Positions 46,193 to 59,309 of a DNA stretch of 64,000 nt are shown in pieces. The DNA comes from Carpediemonas membranifera BICM (taxonomy: Eukaryota; Protista; Fornicata), in assembly GCA_019828565.1 (NCBI GenBank), contig JAHDYR010000005.1, forward strand, positions 1,381,991 to 1,445,990, in the 5' to 3' direction. Made by a program: the position numbers and the translations under genes. A model generated the notes under the pieces. The model did no database searches and was not told where the DNA came from. It saw nothing but the letters and a program-made list of their open reading frames with translations. Within the stretch, counting starts at the first letter, position 1; each line of letters begins with the position of its first letter.

Positions 46193-47725
46193 TCACATCT
46201 CTGCTGGATCTGCCAGGCCTGCGAGCGGGTTACCCACCATATCAGCCTCATACTCAAGTCGCCTGTCCCACGTAGTCGGCTCAACCTCCTGGACATCACC
46301 GAAGAGATCAACACTACCACTGGCATCGCTTGGCCGGTGCGTATGTGAGCTGGCGGTGCTGGCGTCTTCGTCGACTAGGGCCTCGGCGTCTGACCCGCCT
46401 TCATCGCGGTCCTCCTCGTCCTCGTCGTCGTCGGTGTCGATCTCATCCACCGCCTGCCCCAGGCGATCTTCATCATGATCTTCTTTCTCAGAGATACGGC
46501 CCTGCCCCTCAGAGGCCATTCTAGCCTCCTCCCTAGCAATCTCCAACTCGAGCGCCATTCTCTCCAGCTCCTCCCTCAGCAACGCGTTTTCCTCGAGAAC
46601 CTTTGACTGCTCGGTCCCGACGAGGGTCTGAACGTTCCTCGAGGTCCGGTCGAACATGGCGCCTGTGTCGTCAAGGTCCAGGTCAGTCTCAACATTCCAA
46701 CCCTTCTCTGCGTGCATCAGAAGCTGCTCCGCGTGGCGACGGCTGCGGATTTCCCGCTCGACTGTCTCTTCGCCCTCGGCGATTTTCCGCTTGAGTAGCC
46801 TGGCCTGGGCGTCATAAACCCGGATTTCGGACACATGCTGCCTCACGATCGCAGTGATCGAGCGGGCAAGACGCTTCTCGCTATCCTTGCACCGGGTCGA
46901 CAACGCGTCCATCTCCGCTCTAATCTTAGCCACCTCAGTAAGCGCAGCTCTCGCGTCCGCAAGGTGAGTCTGCAGCATGTTAGCAGATGTGTCTCTGTCC
47001 ATTGGTGTGGTCTCCTCCGCTGGCGGGTCGACCTCTGCCGCGGGACCGCTGCTGTGCCGCTCAGCGGAGAGAGTGCCACTGCCCTGTCTCATGTCTGTCG
47101 GGCGGTCGCGGGGCATGGGCTGTGGTGCGACGGGGACGGGTTGACGTCTCCGGGGCTCTTCGTCGTCTCTCCTGAGAGGACTGGCTTGCTGGCGGAGCAC
47201 TGCACTGCGGGGCACCTTGATCTTCTTCTGAGGAGTCTCTGGGCGATCGGTGAGGGCTCCCCCGCCCTTACCCGTTCCCTTTCGCAAGAAGTCGGTGTGT
47301 GTCTCTCGACTCCGAGGCGCAGGGCGAGCGCGAACCATGCGGGATGGAGTGCTTTCCCTCTGCTCCCGTCTGTGCATGGGTACATTATCCTGCTGGGGTG
47401 CTGAGCGTGGAGGTTCCTGCCCCATTTGTTGCATCGGTGAGCCCATATTCATGGGATAGAAGTTCTGCGACCACTGCTGCTGCGGGGTACCATGGTATCC
47501 ATACGGCATTTGCATATAGGGCTGGCCGTTGCCATAGGACATTTGGCCGCCACCCATTTGGTAGGGCACCTGCTGCGCCTGCAGCTGCTGCTGGGGAATC
47601 GGAACTTGCATCGGTATCCTCCTATCTCCAGCCAAATCATTGAAACTGAGCTTCATCAGCTCTTCTACATTCGTATTCGCCTGCATTTCTGAGAAGCCAG
47701 TCGGAGATGACCGCAGTTTAACCAT
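46193..47725 (-). CDS. Hypothetical protein (Q/P-rich N-terminus, coiled coil, acidic tail)
   Basis: 510-aa ORF with host-like composition; no recognised domain. Confidence 0.7.
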   Translation of the reverse strand: MVKLRSSPTGFSEMQANTNVEELMKLSFNDLAGDRRIPMQVPIPQQQLQAQQVPYQMGGGQMSYGNGQPYMQMPYGYHGTPQQQWSQNFYPMNMGSPMQQMGQEPPRSAPQQDNVPMHRREQRESTPSRMVRARPAPRSRETHTDFLRKGTGKGGGALTDRPETPQKKIKVPRSAVLRQQASPLRRDDEEPRRRQPVPVAPQPMPRDRPTDMRQGSGTLSAERHSSGPAAEVDPPAEETTPMDRDTSANMLQTHLADARAALTEVAKIRAEMDALSTRCKDSEKRLARSITAIVRQHVSEIRVYDAQARLLKRKIAEGEETVEREIRSRRHAEQLLMHAEKGWNVETDLDLDDTGAMFDRTSRNVQTLVGTEQSKVLEENALLREELERMALELEIAREEARMASEGQGRISEKEDHDEDRLGQAVDEIDTDDDEDEEDRDEGGSDAEALVDEDASTASSHTHRPSDASGSVDLFGDVQEVEPTTWDRRLEYEADMVGNPLAGLADPAEM

Positions 47726-48813
47726 AATCTCTCACGCACCTCACGCACCTCGTCAGACATATGGTATGTTGCCTACAGTGCAGAACCCAGCACGTTCCGT
47801 CACTAAATTGCGCCTTTCAATTCCTGGTGAAGTTGGGAGAAGCAGTTTTTTCCTGGATAAGAGCCAATCCCGGGTGGTTCTTGAGCGTGGCCGCGTTGGT
47901 GCTCATATGTTCAAACGTTGTGATAGGATAGTGAGTTTATGGGGAGAGCGCGTCGGGGATGCCCACGGCGCAGCAACAGGCGTCGTGGCTGGGCAGAGCA
48001 TTCTTTAGCGAGTAATGAAGCGGCCATTTCATATCCAATAGCCACTCTAATGTTTGATATTGTTACAAATGTGTGAATGAGCTTCATAGCCGTGCGTATT
48101 AGAGCATTTGAGCTGTGTGAGATGAATTAAAGTTGGCCCTCATAGTAACTATGACTGTATACGTGCTGCAGTAACCGTAGTTCTCCGCTGTATTCATTAT
48201 AATCATAGGAAGCCCAGAAACAAACTTTTGAGGGGACGAGCGCAAGAGTGACTCGAAATCGACTCCAATGATTAATTCAACGATACTCCAGACAACCGGA
48301 TGACTACGAGCAGTGGGCACTACTCTCCACCCGTTGTGGAAGACTGTCTACATACTACTACTCTCCGGAGGGCGAAAATACGTCTGACCAGTTTCAATCT
48401 GTGATCATGTCCAGATTTTCCAGTGATTTTCTCCACCACAACCTTTCCATCACGCAAACAATGGGAAACAAATCCGTTTGTACTTCTGCACCAGACCCTC
48501 GTGCTTACGATCATGATATGGATGACATTGATGTTGAAACCGACGGCAAGTTCCGTCCCATGTTCTTCATGGTCCTCCGTGAACTCTAGAGGCCGACAAG
48601 TATGAGTTGCGATGCGGCAATCTGCATCAATCCATGTAAAATGGCATAGTCACGAGGTCTCTCCTGTTTTGGAAGGTGTTAAATGATGACGACGCCTGAC
48701 CGCAAGTTCCAAGATCATGCCCAACTCACGCATGTCCTTATACACGAGCGTGCAGACGTTTACTAGTGAACATCGGCTCGCTCCAGCCTTCTTTCCATAG
48801 CCACCCGACCCAC

Positions 48814-49764
48814 TCATGCAGAGTCGGTCCAATAAAACCTCGTGATGGCACGCCTGTTTGGGGGGAGTACGTCTGATACTCGCCCGCATGCCTCTGTCCG
48901 GTACTGCTTATAAATGACACTGTCAAGCCGACATTCACCCCAGACCTCTAGCAAGGTCTCGATGCAGCGTCGGCATGCCCTTGATGCCCGGACCACCTTG
49001 GATGTCTCCCTGAACGAGCTCTGGGACAGGACCATGGCGGCCTCTGCGATGTATGAGGGAGTGAACGCCAGCATTCTCGAGTGTTGCATGGCTACATCGG
49101 CGAGGAAAAAGGCAAGCATGTTGACGCTCTTGGGGTAATCCACAGCGTACATCCGCATCTTAAGGAACGGCACCACGGTGGGCACGGCTATTCTCCAGTC
49201 GAGCTTCTCCAGGACGATGGACTCTGCCCGAATGAGGCTAGGCTGTGAGAATGTGAAGTCTGACATGTACATCAGCTCGTTAATGACATCCGGAGTGTAT
49301 TCGCCGTCGTGCTTGACTGCTATCAGGATGCATGCTGCTGCGAGAAGCTGCATTTGGCTGATGCGGACGCGGGTGCCCGAGAGGTAGCGGTGGAAGGTGG
49401 TGAGGGCGAGGTGCTTAACGTCGGAGTTGAGCGAGAGAGTCAGGCTGACGTCGAACATCCAGTCGGTGGTGATGTAGACGTGCTTGGGCTCGACAGTGTG
49501 GTGGAGACCGGAAGAAAGGTAGTCGGTGAAAACGAAGTCTGCGTTCTGCTCGAAAATAAGAAGCTGCTTGATCACTGAAGCGTATACATAAGTCATGTCT
49601 GATTGTTGGCTTCTTACCGCCGTTGTTGCTGGCGAAATAAGATTAGAGACCTGAAGTGTCGCAGCCGATCTTGATTCAGCGCGTGAGCGCTTCAATTCCA
49701 GTCCACTAGAATCAACAAAGGATGAATCAAGCCTATCTCTTCTCAAAGCGTTTCTCTTCATCAC
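48814..49764 (-). CDS. Cyclin (A/B-like cyclin box)
   Basis: DWMFDV...LALTTFHRYLS...MQLLAAACILIAVK...AESIVLEKLDWRIAVPT. Confidence 0.9.
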   Translation of the reverse strand: MMKRNALRRDRLDSSFVDSSGLELKRSRAESRSAATLQVSNLISPATTAVRSQQSDMTYVYASVIKQLLIFEQNADFVFTDYLSSGLHHTVEPKHVYITTDWMFDVSLTLSLNSDVKHLALTTFHRYLSGTRVRISQMQLLAAACILIAVKHDGEYTPDVINELMYMSDFTFSQPSLIRAESIVLEKLDWRIAVPTVVPFLKMRMYAVDYPKSVNMLAFFLADVAMQHSRMLAFTPSYIAEAAMVLSQSSFRETSKVVRASRACRRCIETLLEVWGECRLDSVIYKQYRTEACGRVSDVLPPNRRAITRFYWTDSA

Positions 49765-49835
49765 TCTTCAACTTGCGCGCGCTGCTTCCGCCAACCCGCC
49801 AAATTTGAAAAAGATCGAAGAAGATCGCCTTTATC

Positions 49836-52590
49836 TCACACAATCACTCCAAACTTCTGCCGCATATGCTCCTTGCACTTCTCCGGACTGTCCAACGCCG
49901 CACCTGCTGCTACCTGGTCAGCAACAGTCAAAGGTCGCGCCATTTCTCCCAAAAACTTGCTAATCATCCCGCGGCTCATATCGGTACTCACGCCGAGCGC
50001 ACGGTCACCGCCACCACCCATCTGCTTCACTATCCACTTGGGCAGATGCTGCAGTGAGGCTGTGCGGCCATACCGGTTGTCGGCAAATACTACGACGCCA
50101 TAGTCTTCTTTCCCACGGAGAACACGACCCACACACTGGGCAGCGGCTCGCATGGCATCGTATGTGACGTACTGGCGTTCGGGGATGTTCATGGTCTCGG
50201 GGTCTGAGATGTACTGTAGCCGGAGCTGATATACTGGCGACAATGTAAATGGGAAGGGCACGCCGATGAGAACGACCGCCCTGCCGTGGTGTCCCTTGAA
50301 ATCGATGCCCTCCGACACCTTCCCGCGAGCTACGGCGAACAGGACTGCCCCGCGGCCATTATCACATGCCGTCTGATAGTGCTCGAGCGCCTTGACAGTT
50401 TCCGCGGGATTAGGTCTCTCAATGAACAGCAGCTTGTGCTCCTGTATGTTATGCAGCGTCTTCTGAGCATCCCACTGGTAAATGAGTTCATCCATGAATG
50501 AATACGACGGGAAGAAGACGATTACCCCGTCAGGCGTGGCCTCGCACACCTGCTGGACGAGGAACCCGTAGCCCTTGACAATGGAAGAGTCCTCCCTGCT
50601 CTTGAAGCTCGACGTCAGGGCGATCTGGTCTGCTGACCGGGATACGATGACCGGGAACAGGGTAGGTCGGACCAGGGTCAGCTCCAGGGCCTTGGTGACC
50701 ACAGGGGCGTATTCATTGACCATCCCCAGCAGCCGCTCGATCACACTAGCCTGCGGACCCTCTGCCCCGGCAAGCGGCTTAGGCGATAGGGTCCCGCTGG
50801 TGACAACAACGTTCCTATAGTACTTCAGCAACGGCTCCATCGCTATACGAGGATCTAGACACACCAGCTGGATCACGGGAGTGGCTTTGGACAGTACGAG
50901 CTCATCACTGCAGAGGCCGACGTCCTGGGCAACGCCGTTCGGGTCAGAGGCGAGGAAGATGGGGAAACGGGTCAGCCTGCCTGCTGCTGTGTCGCGTCCC
51001 GGGTCTGCGGTCCATCCTGTTCCGTCAGACGGGACCGTGGCGCCCGTAGCAATCGTCCTCCCGATAGTCTTGTCATCATCTGCAGCGCCCACAATGCACT
51101 CGAGCTTAAACTGCGAAGGCTGTATGACGAGTTTGAATCCGTTGCTCTGCACGCTGTGGGCCGACAACCCCATGAGGTAGCATACGTTGAGCAGAGGCAT
51201 GTAAGAGCCGATGTCGGCCTCCCCGAGCTCGAATAGGAGCATGAGGAGCCTATCGGGCAGCTTCTCCATCTCTCCGGTACGTAGGCTGACGTCGTTAATA
51301 CCTATATCGGCGCGGGTCATGTTTTTGATAAATGTGTCGGGCGACTCGTACGAGGCGACGTCTGTGAGCATGCGGCGCTTGAGATACTCAATTACACGCT
51401 GGAGGTGGCGTATGAATGCCTCTGGAGCGCGTAGGTTGCCCGGTATACGGTTGGCATGCTTGTCTTTGAAGTACGATCTCAACTCATCAACGGATGGTGT
51501 CAGGAAGGGAAGGGGGCCTGATGCAGCCTCGCGGTCCGCCGTGGAGTCCGAGAACATGCGCTGCTGAGCCTCCAGGAAGCTCTCCCGGATGCTACTGAAC
51601 ACCGTGACCTCCTTCTCTCTGACCTTCACAGCTAGTGCATGGAGCGAATGCCTTGCCGCATCCAGCGTGAACCGAGTCAGATGAATCGATAGGGTCTGCA
51701 TCGCTGACATCTCAAGGTTGTGGGCTTCATCAAAGACGACAATTGAATCCGGTGTGAAACAGGGTCGGAGCTCGAGGGCGATGCGGGGGTCCAAAAGGTA
51801 CTGGTAGGCGCACACAACGACGTCGGCCTCGGGAATAGCGTTGCGGGCAATGTAGTAGGGGCATACGCCTTTGGATTCCTTAAATTCCGCTAAATTCGAG
51901 ACGAGGTGGGAGGACCAGACGGACTCCACGCCTGACTCGAACGAGTCTGGCTTGAAGTGGGGGCAGCCGCCTGCTGGCATGCCGTCCTCCATGTCACCCC
52001 GCTGTATGGCTCGGCATCTGCTGTCCACGGCGTTACCGTCGGGCAGGCAGTTCACCTCGGCATTGATGCATAAGTTCCTACGACTAGATAGCGCCATGCA
52101 TTTCAGCGCCCGCGCAGTACCTGGCTTGAGGTGTGGTTTAGCAGCTATCGCCTCCTGAAGTGCCTTGGCGACGTCTGTCCTAGCGCGGTACTCCATCAGG
52201 TCCTTGAGCTCCTCGGTGAACTTCACGACTTGGGAGACGGTGCGGGTGGTGAATATGAGCTTTCCAACGGGCGGGGGCCCCTGAAGGGGGGCATTGGAGG
52301 CCTTGTCGACGGCATGGGTGGGAACGTGAAGCTTATACGCCACGGAGAGGGCGATTAGGCATACAGTCTTTCCTGTACCTGTTGGCATCTCGAGAATAGC
52401 GTGTCCTTTCTCCTGCTGGCGCTCTGCTAAAGTCAAACTCTTGTCAGACGTGCGGCAATCGAGCGCTTGCTTCAAATAGTGCATGTAATCGAGCTGCTCG
52501 GGGTAAACCTGATCATGGGGAAAGACAACGGGTAAACCATCTATCTCTATGCTGGTGTAAGCCAAGGAAGAATGAAGGAACGAACATCAT
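49836..52590 (-). CDS. XPD: TFIIH Fe-S helicase XPD/Rad3; predicted 34-nt intron 52552-52585
   Basis: YPEQ, EMPTGTGKT, SRRNLC, CPYY, FDEAHN, TSGTLSP, ARGKVSEGIDF, AAQCVGRVLR; splicing gives MIIEIDGLPVVFP. Confidence 0.95.
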
Positions 52591-52645
52591 TGTACCGAGT
52601 GACCTGCCGAGTTGATTTTCCAAACAGCGGCGGCGTAGGGCGGCT

Positions 52646-55600
52646 ATGGCCTACCACGGCCCATCTGACCATCGGCCTCGACAGACATCGATTTTTGAAT
52701 CTGTTTGCACCTCGACTTCTCGTCAAAGTCACGACAGAAATTCGCAAGCGCTAGTTTGGTCATGAACGACGCCAAGGCCAAATTAGAAGCGCTATCCGGA
52801 ACCGTAGAGCTAAGTCTCTTATCTAAGCGGGTGGAGGATCTCGAAGCGAAGCTTGACGTCAGTTCCATCCTGAAAGAAGCGATAAGTACCGAGGTGATGC
52901 AGAAGTTTGAATCAAAGATCGACTCCGTGCGCTCTATCCTCTTGGAGCGTATTGATCAGATGAACAGCGTCATTTCATCTGCCAAGCAAGCTGCCATTGA
53001 CGCAGCAAAACCTTCTTCCGAAGCCTCTCTGAACGCCATGTCCGCGGTTAAGCAGGCCCAAGAGAACATCACCGACTTTGAGACGAAGATAGAGGACCTT
53101 ACCAAGAAGATCCACGACGGCGAGGAGTTTTACTCGCAGATGGTCGACTCGATTAAGGCGCAGACGTCAAAGCTCGTGACCAGCACCGCTGAGGCCCTCA
53201 AGGCCTCCATCAACGCCCTCAACACGCGTATCCTCGAGGAGGGAGTCACTCGCCTTGCGGCCCACGACCGCCTCGAGCTCAACGTCGAGACCCAGGCCGA
53301 GAAGGACACGCAGCTCGAGACCCGTATCGAGTCGGTCAGCGCGCAGTTCGAGCAGCTTATGAGCCACATCCGGGACACCGAGGCCAACACTGCCAAGGAG
53401 GTGGAGAAGCTCGCGGCACAGCTGGGCGAGGGTCTGGCTGGTTTCAAGGATACCGCAGACGGTATGATCGCTGACGCCGTTGTAGAAGCCCGCACGATGC
53501 TCGAGAACAGCCAACAGGAGACCTCAAATGACCTGGCCACCTCCCTGAACTCGGCTGTGGCCGACATCCACCCAAGGATCGCCCAGCTGAGGGAATACGT
53601 CGACCAGGCGAACGACAGCATGACAGAGGACCTCGCCGCAGTCCAGATGAAGGTAGAGAAGGTTGGCACGGCGCTCGACCAGGGTCTGGCCGTCACACGC
53701 ACCGCCATTGCTGAGAGGCTCAGGGCAATGATCGATGAACACGCAAACGCCGCGGAGGCACGCAACCAGGGCCTCGAGGAGCTCATCGCAGGTGTCAGGG
53801 AGGCCATGGAGGAGGGTGTGAAGACCACCACCGACCGCATCGGCGAGGTTGACGGGGCGGTATCAACGCTCCGTGGTGACGTGACCCGCACCATCAAGGA
53901 CCTCGAGGCAAGCACGGCTGCGGAGACCTCAGCCGTCCGAGACAGCGTCCAGAAGCACAAGGCCGCCGTGACGGAGGAGACGACGGCTATTCGGACTGTC
54001 ATGGCCGCTCAGAGCGAGGCGACTACCGACCGTATGGCCAAGCTTGAGCAGGCCACAGCAGACAGACTCGCCGCGTTCGACAGTCAGATCGCCCAGATCA
54101 GGGCTGAGTCGGCTGCGGGACTCAAGGCTGTGAACTCCGTACTCCAGACCGCCCAGGCAGAGGTCGAGAGCGCCACGGCAGAGACAGCCGCCTCTGTGGC
54201 GCACCATGTAGCTGCCCTCAACAAGAAGTACGACCTCCTCTCAGACGACGTCCGTCGCAGAGTTGATGAAGTCCACGCCGACCTCCAAGGCACGTGTGAC
54301 GAGATCAACGCCAAGCTCAGCGCTCTTGAGGGCACACACGGAGCAGACATTGAGATGCAACGCCGTGCCTTAGAAGACCTTGACGGCCGCACAGCATCCT
54401 CACTAGCCGATGCAAAGGACGCCATCGAGGCGAGCATTGCCGAGACCAGGGCGCAGACAGCCGCCGCAGACGCAGAGCTCCGCCGCCTCCTCAGCGCGCA
54501 GTCCCGGGTCCAGACGGAGAGTCTGGACAAGGCGAAGGAGAGCTTCGCCACGGCACTGGGGGACTCCGTGGACAACAGCCACGGGAACTTAGTCGCCGCG
54601 GAGGCACGGGTTATTGAGAGAATCCACACACAGGCGGCCGGGGCAGCCAACGGGATGAGGTCGCTCGGCATCCGTATCGATAAGGTGGCGAACTCACTTG
54701 CAGAGCACTCCAGCGCCACCACAGTGCGACTCGGCGACCTGGACACGCACCTGGACATTGTTGACCGCAAGCTGGCCTCCTGGATCAATGCGGCACCGGG
54801 TCGCACCTCTGCGCTCGGGCGGGACATCGAGGGCCGCACCCGCATGGCGCTGCGGACGTGGACGGACAAGATCGACCAGACCGCGGCTGAGCTCAAGAAC
54901 GAGTACACGGCACACGCCAAGGACGTCGATGAGAGGTTCGGCCAGGTGTCGGAACTACATGCGAACGTCAAGGCCGACGTGGTCGCCGTACGTGCCGAGC
55001 TCGCCGCCGCTGAGCACCGTGCCGCTGCTCATGCGGACGAGCGCATGACTAATGCTGTCAGTCGCGCCGATTCTGTGCAGGATAGCCTCGCTGAGCGCCT
55101 CACGGCCGCTTCCAAGGAGGCGGAGGAAGCCAGACATGCCCTGAGCGAGACCCTCAGGGATTCAATTGCCGCAGCAATGAACCAGCAGGCCGAGGACCTC
55201 GCTGCGGTGAGAGAAGAGGCAGCTAAGGCCGGCAAGGAAGATGAGGCGAGGGATGCCGCGCTCAGCGCTCGTATCGATGAAGTCAACGCTGCTCTCGCCC
55301 GCCAGGCGGAGGAGGATGAGGCGCGCGATGCAGAGATCGTCGAGAGCCTCGAGAATAAGGCCCGCGAGCTCGAGACTGCCACTGCCGACCTCGAGTCCAA
55401 GACAACCGCCGCTCTCGAGAGCTTTAGGCTCGAAACTGCCCACTCCGCGGCCGAGCAGGCCGAGAAGACCCACGCGATGATCAACACCGTGACCAGCGCT
55501 GTAGCCACCACCGACGCCGCTCTCCAGACCCAGAAGGCCGAGACCGAGGCCCTCCGCGAGACTCTGCAGGCCCTGGAGCAGTCGACCCGGGTCCTAGTGG

Positions 55601-58600
55601 ACGAGGTTGTCTCCAGCTCCGTCGCGTCAGCCACCTCTGCCGCTCGGCAGGATAGTGCTGACCTCAACAACCGCATCGATGTACTCACACTGAAGCTCGG
55701 CGCTGTCGGGCAGTCCCTGGCCCAGGAGACTGTGGACCGGACCGAGGAGTTCAACGCGCAGCAGAAGAAGGTCGAGGCTCTCATCCAGGGCCTCGAGGAG
55801 ACACAGGCAGAGCAACAGCGGGTGCACACCGAGGCCGTGGAGGCCATCCGCGAGCAGGCGACGGTGGAGATGGCACGGGTCGACGATGAGCTCGCTGCTG
55901 TCAACAACGCCGTTACCCGAGAGAACACGGAGCTCAAGGCCGCAGTCGACCTCGCCATCGAGACTGCCACCGCGAGAGACGAAGAACGGTATGCCAACGC
56001 TCTAAGGGCAGTTGAGGGGCTCTCTACCATGCTCGACGAGCACAGCATCGCTGTTACTAAGCAGGTCGACGCGACGTCGGCCCGAATCACAGCCCACGAG
56101 GAGGCTACGACGAAGGCCATCGAGGGGGTCAGGGAATACGCCCGGGCCGAGGCCAGCACCGTGCAGTCTCACGTCGATACAGTCGCAAAGGCTGTCGCGC
56201 AGGCTAAGGACACTATCGCCCAGGTCGATGAGAAGCACGGCAAGCTCTCAGAAGAACGCGCCGCTGAGGCCGTGAAGCAGGCTGCCCAACACACTGACGA
56301 GGCAGCCAAGACGCTCGAGGCAGCCCTCAAGGACACTAGAGGAGACATCACCCTGGAGTTGGCCGATGCCGAGAGGAAGGTAGTCCTCCTCGGCGACGAT
56401 CTCACCGCTGCCTTGGAAGCTGAGGCCAAGGCCCGCGCCGAGGCCGTTGCTGCAGTTTGTGCTGACGCTGCTGCTGCTAAGGACGCTGCTGATGTCTTTG
56501 CCACCTCTGTCAAGGATGAGTTCGCCGCTGTCCGCGAGGAGGCAGCCACTGCTCGCGAGACCAAGGCCGCCGAGTCCGTCAAGCGCGACGCCGACCTCCA
56601 GGAGGCCATCAACACGAATGCGACCAGCATCGCCAAGGTCTCTGAAACCCTAAACTGCGCAGTCACTGAGGCCGCTGGCCGTGATGAGCGCATCCAGGCC
56701 ATCGTGGCTGAACAGACCGCCGCCAAGGGCCTGATCGACGCTGTCGCCGCCACTGCCGACGCCGCGGTCGTCTCTGCCAACAAGAGCATCGCCGGTCTCG
56801 ACGCTATCCCCGTCGCAGCCGCCGCCACCGAGGCAAAGCTCATGGCCGAGCTCGAATCAGTCCGCGCCGACGTAGACGCTTCTCTCAAGGACGAGCGCGC
56901 TCACACGGCTGCCCGCTTCGCCCTCACCAAGGAGGAGGCGGCTCGGGCAGACAAGGAGGTCAGAGACACACTGCAGATCAAAACGATGTCTCTCTCGGTC
57001 AACCTCGAGCACGCCATCACCGAGGCTGAGGCTGGCCTGCAGGCCCAGGTCGAGACCCTCGCTGCCAAGCACGAGGCGTACGTGGCGACCGCTGACGACA
57101 GATGTGGCGCCATCGAGCAGACTGCCGCTGCGCTGGCCGAAACTGTTGCTGAGAACACCAGGGAGGCCGAGAGACAACGGGTCGAACTCAAGGAGGAGAC
57201 TCACGCGCACGTGGAGGCTTCCAAGGCGGTTGTGATGGCAGCTGTGGAGGACAAGGCCGCGTCGCTCAACTCACAGGTAGAGGCCCTCGAGGAGACCATC
57301 AAAGCCGAGTCCAACACCATGGCCGCCCTCTCCAAGCGGGTGTCGAGCCACACTAGAGCCACAGACGACGCCATCGACGCATTCCAGAAGCAGGCCGGTG
57401 CCTCCATTACAAGCATCAGCCAGACTCTGACCCGGGCCACTGAGTCGCTCGAGTCTGACCTGGCCGCCGTCAACGAGAAGATGACCGCGAATGTCGAGGT
57501 CAAGTTCAACTCTGCTGTGTCAGCGATCAGTCAGGCAGAGGAGCGCGTCACCATGCTCTGCGAGACTCTCCAGCGTGCCTCGCTGACCCAGCTTGATGGT
57601 GTCAGAGTCGACCTGGCGGAGCGTCTGGCGATTGCTGAGAAGGCAGCCACGAACGCCGACCACATCGCCAAAGAAACGCACGCCTCAGTGAAGGCGTTCA
57701 AGGCCTCTATCAGCGCCAGCCTCGAGCATACCGAGAAGAGCGTGTCCGCCCACCAGAAGCGCTCTGAGGGCCAGCTTGAGGCGCTCAGCGCGGAGCTCAA
57801 GACAGAGTTCACCGAGCTCATCGCCAGAGAGCGGGAGAGCCGCAGCGCCGCGTCTGCAGGCCTCACTGAGGAGATCAAGGCCCTCGGCACGCGCGTGTCT
57901 CAGCATATCAGACACATCGAAGGCACCGCCGCCGCCTCGTTTGACCGTCTCAGAGGCGAGATCCGGGCCGAGGCCGAGTCCCGCAGAGCCGACGACGCCG
58001 CGGCCGACCGCAAGTTCTCAGACAGGCTCGCCGAGAACCAGGCGTCATTCAAGGCCAAGCTCGCCCGTGTTGCCGACTCGGTCGCCTCGGTCAGAGGTTT
58101 GGTCGGGACAACCGACGAGAGCGTGCTCAGGAAGATCCGGGAGCTCGAGACGGCCGTGTCTAATGAAGTCGTCACTCGCCAGAAGATCACGGCCGCCATC
58201 ACAGCGGATAAGACACAGCTGACGAAGGCCATGCAGGTTCTCGACAGAGACCGCCAGAAGGCCACCCTCGAAAACATTGCCGCCCTCAAGAACGAGCTTG
58301 CCGCTGCCAACTCTGGTGTCATGGAGCGTATGGACGCGATCGAGGCCCGTTTCGCCGACTGGCAGACCTTTGCTCGGACGAGAGACGAGGACCTCGCCGC
58401 GCACGTCAAGCGCTCTCAGGATAGCAGCCGCGAGAGCATCGCCAAGGTCGACTCGACTGTATCCAGAGTCGTTGCCACATCTGATTCACTCAACACCAAG
58501 CTGCTGCAGCTTGAAGAGGATCTGACCACCACGAAGGCGACATTCATGCGGCAGATCGACACCATCCTCAAGCGTGCGGACCAAGCCATCTCTGTGGCCG

Positions 58601-59100
58601 ACAGCGTCTCCCACGAGGGCCGCGTCCTCTCTGCCACGGTAGAGACGAAGCTGCTCGACCTCGGGCAGCCGCCCAGGCCTCAGAGCAAGCGGCCCGCCAT
58701 GCTGAGTACCCCCGGCATGTCTCGGAGCGGCAGCAAGGACGTCATCCTCAGCCGGGTTCGGGCGGACGACGATGCCTCCTCTCGTGCCTCCACGCCTATC
58801 GCTGCAGCGGAGAAGAGCGTGCTCTACGACGAGTGGTACAAGCCAGTCGCCAACGACCCCATTGACGAGCGGGTCCAGCAGGTTCTCAGAGACTTGAACA
58901 TGCCTTACCGGATCCACTTCCCAAGGATGGGCAGCGGTGTTTACTTTGCTGGTAAGCGGCTGCAGGTCATGGTTGGGCATGATGGCACGCTGTATTGCAC
59001 CCCCCTGACGGGTAACACGAAGGGCGAGCCGACGAAGCTGGCGACTTATCTGCAAGGGTGGATCAAGGAGCGCGCGGTGCGGGAAGGGAACCGTGCATAG
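52646..59100 (+). CDS. Giant coiled-coil protein with C-terminal GAR/GAS2-like domain; predicted 35-nt intron 52703-52737
   Basis: >2100-aa A/E-rich heptad ORF; tail DPIDERVQQVL...FPRMGSGVYFAGKRLQV...LATYL. Confidence 0.8.
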
Positions 59101-59309
59101 GGTGAGTGTTGTAACTGTACTAAAAGTGTTGATACTGGGTTGTTTCCAGACGAATGAGGTTATCAAGGGCAAAAGGGGGTGAATATGAGGGGACCTGCGC
59201 TGTGGTGGTTAGTATACGAGAGATGGTTGGAGATTGGTCGGCGAGAGGTGGTGTCCAGGCATTTATGGTCATGTAACAGTGCGGCGTATCAGGACGAAAG
59301 AAGCCATCG

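Noticed and set aside
53130-59172. Many antisense ORFs within the giant coiled-coil gene and within pol genes
   Set aside because: Expected shadows of GC-rich codon usage
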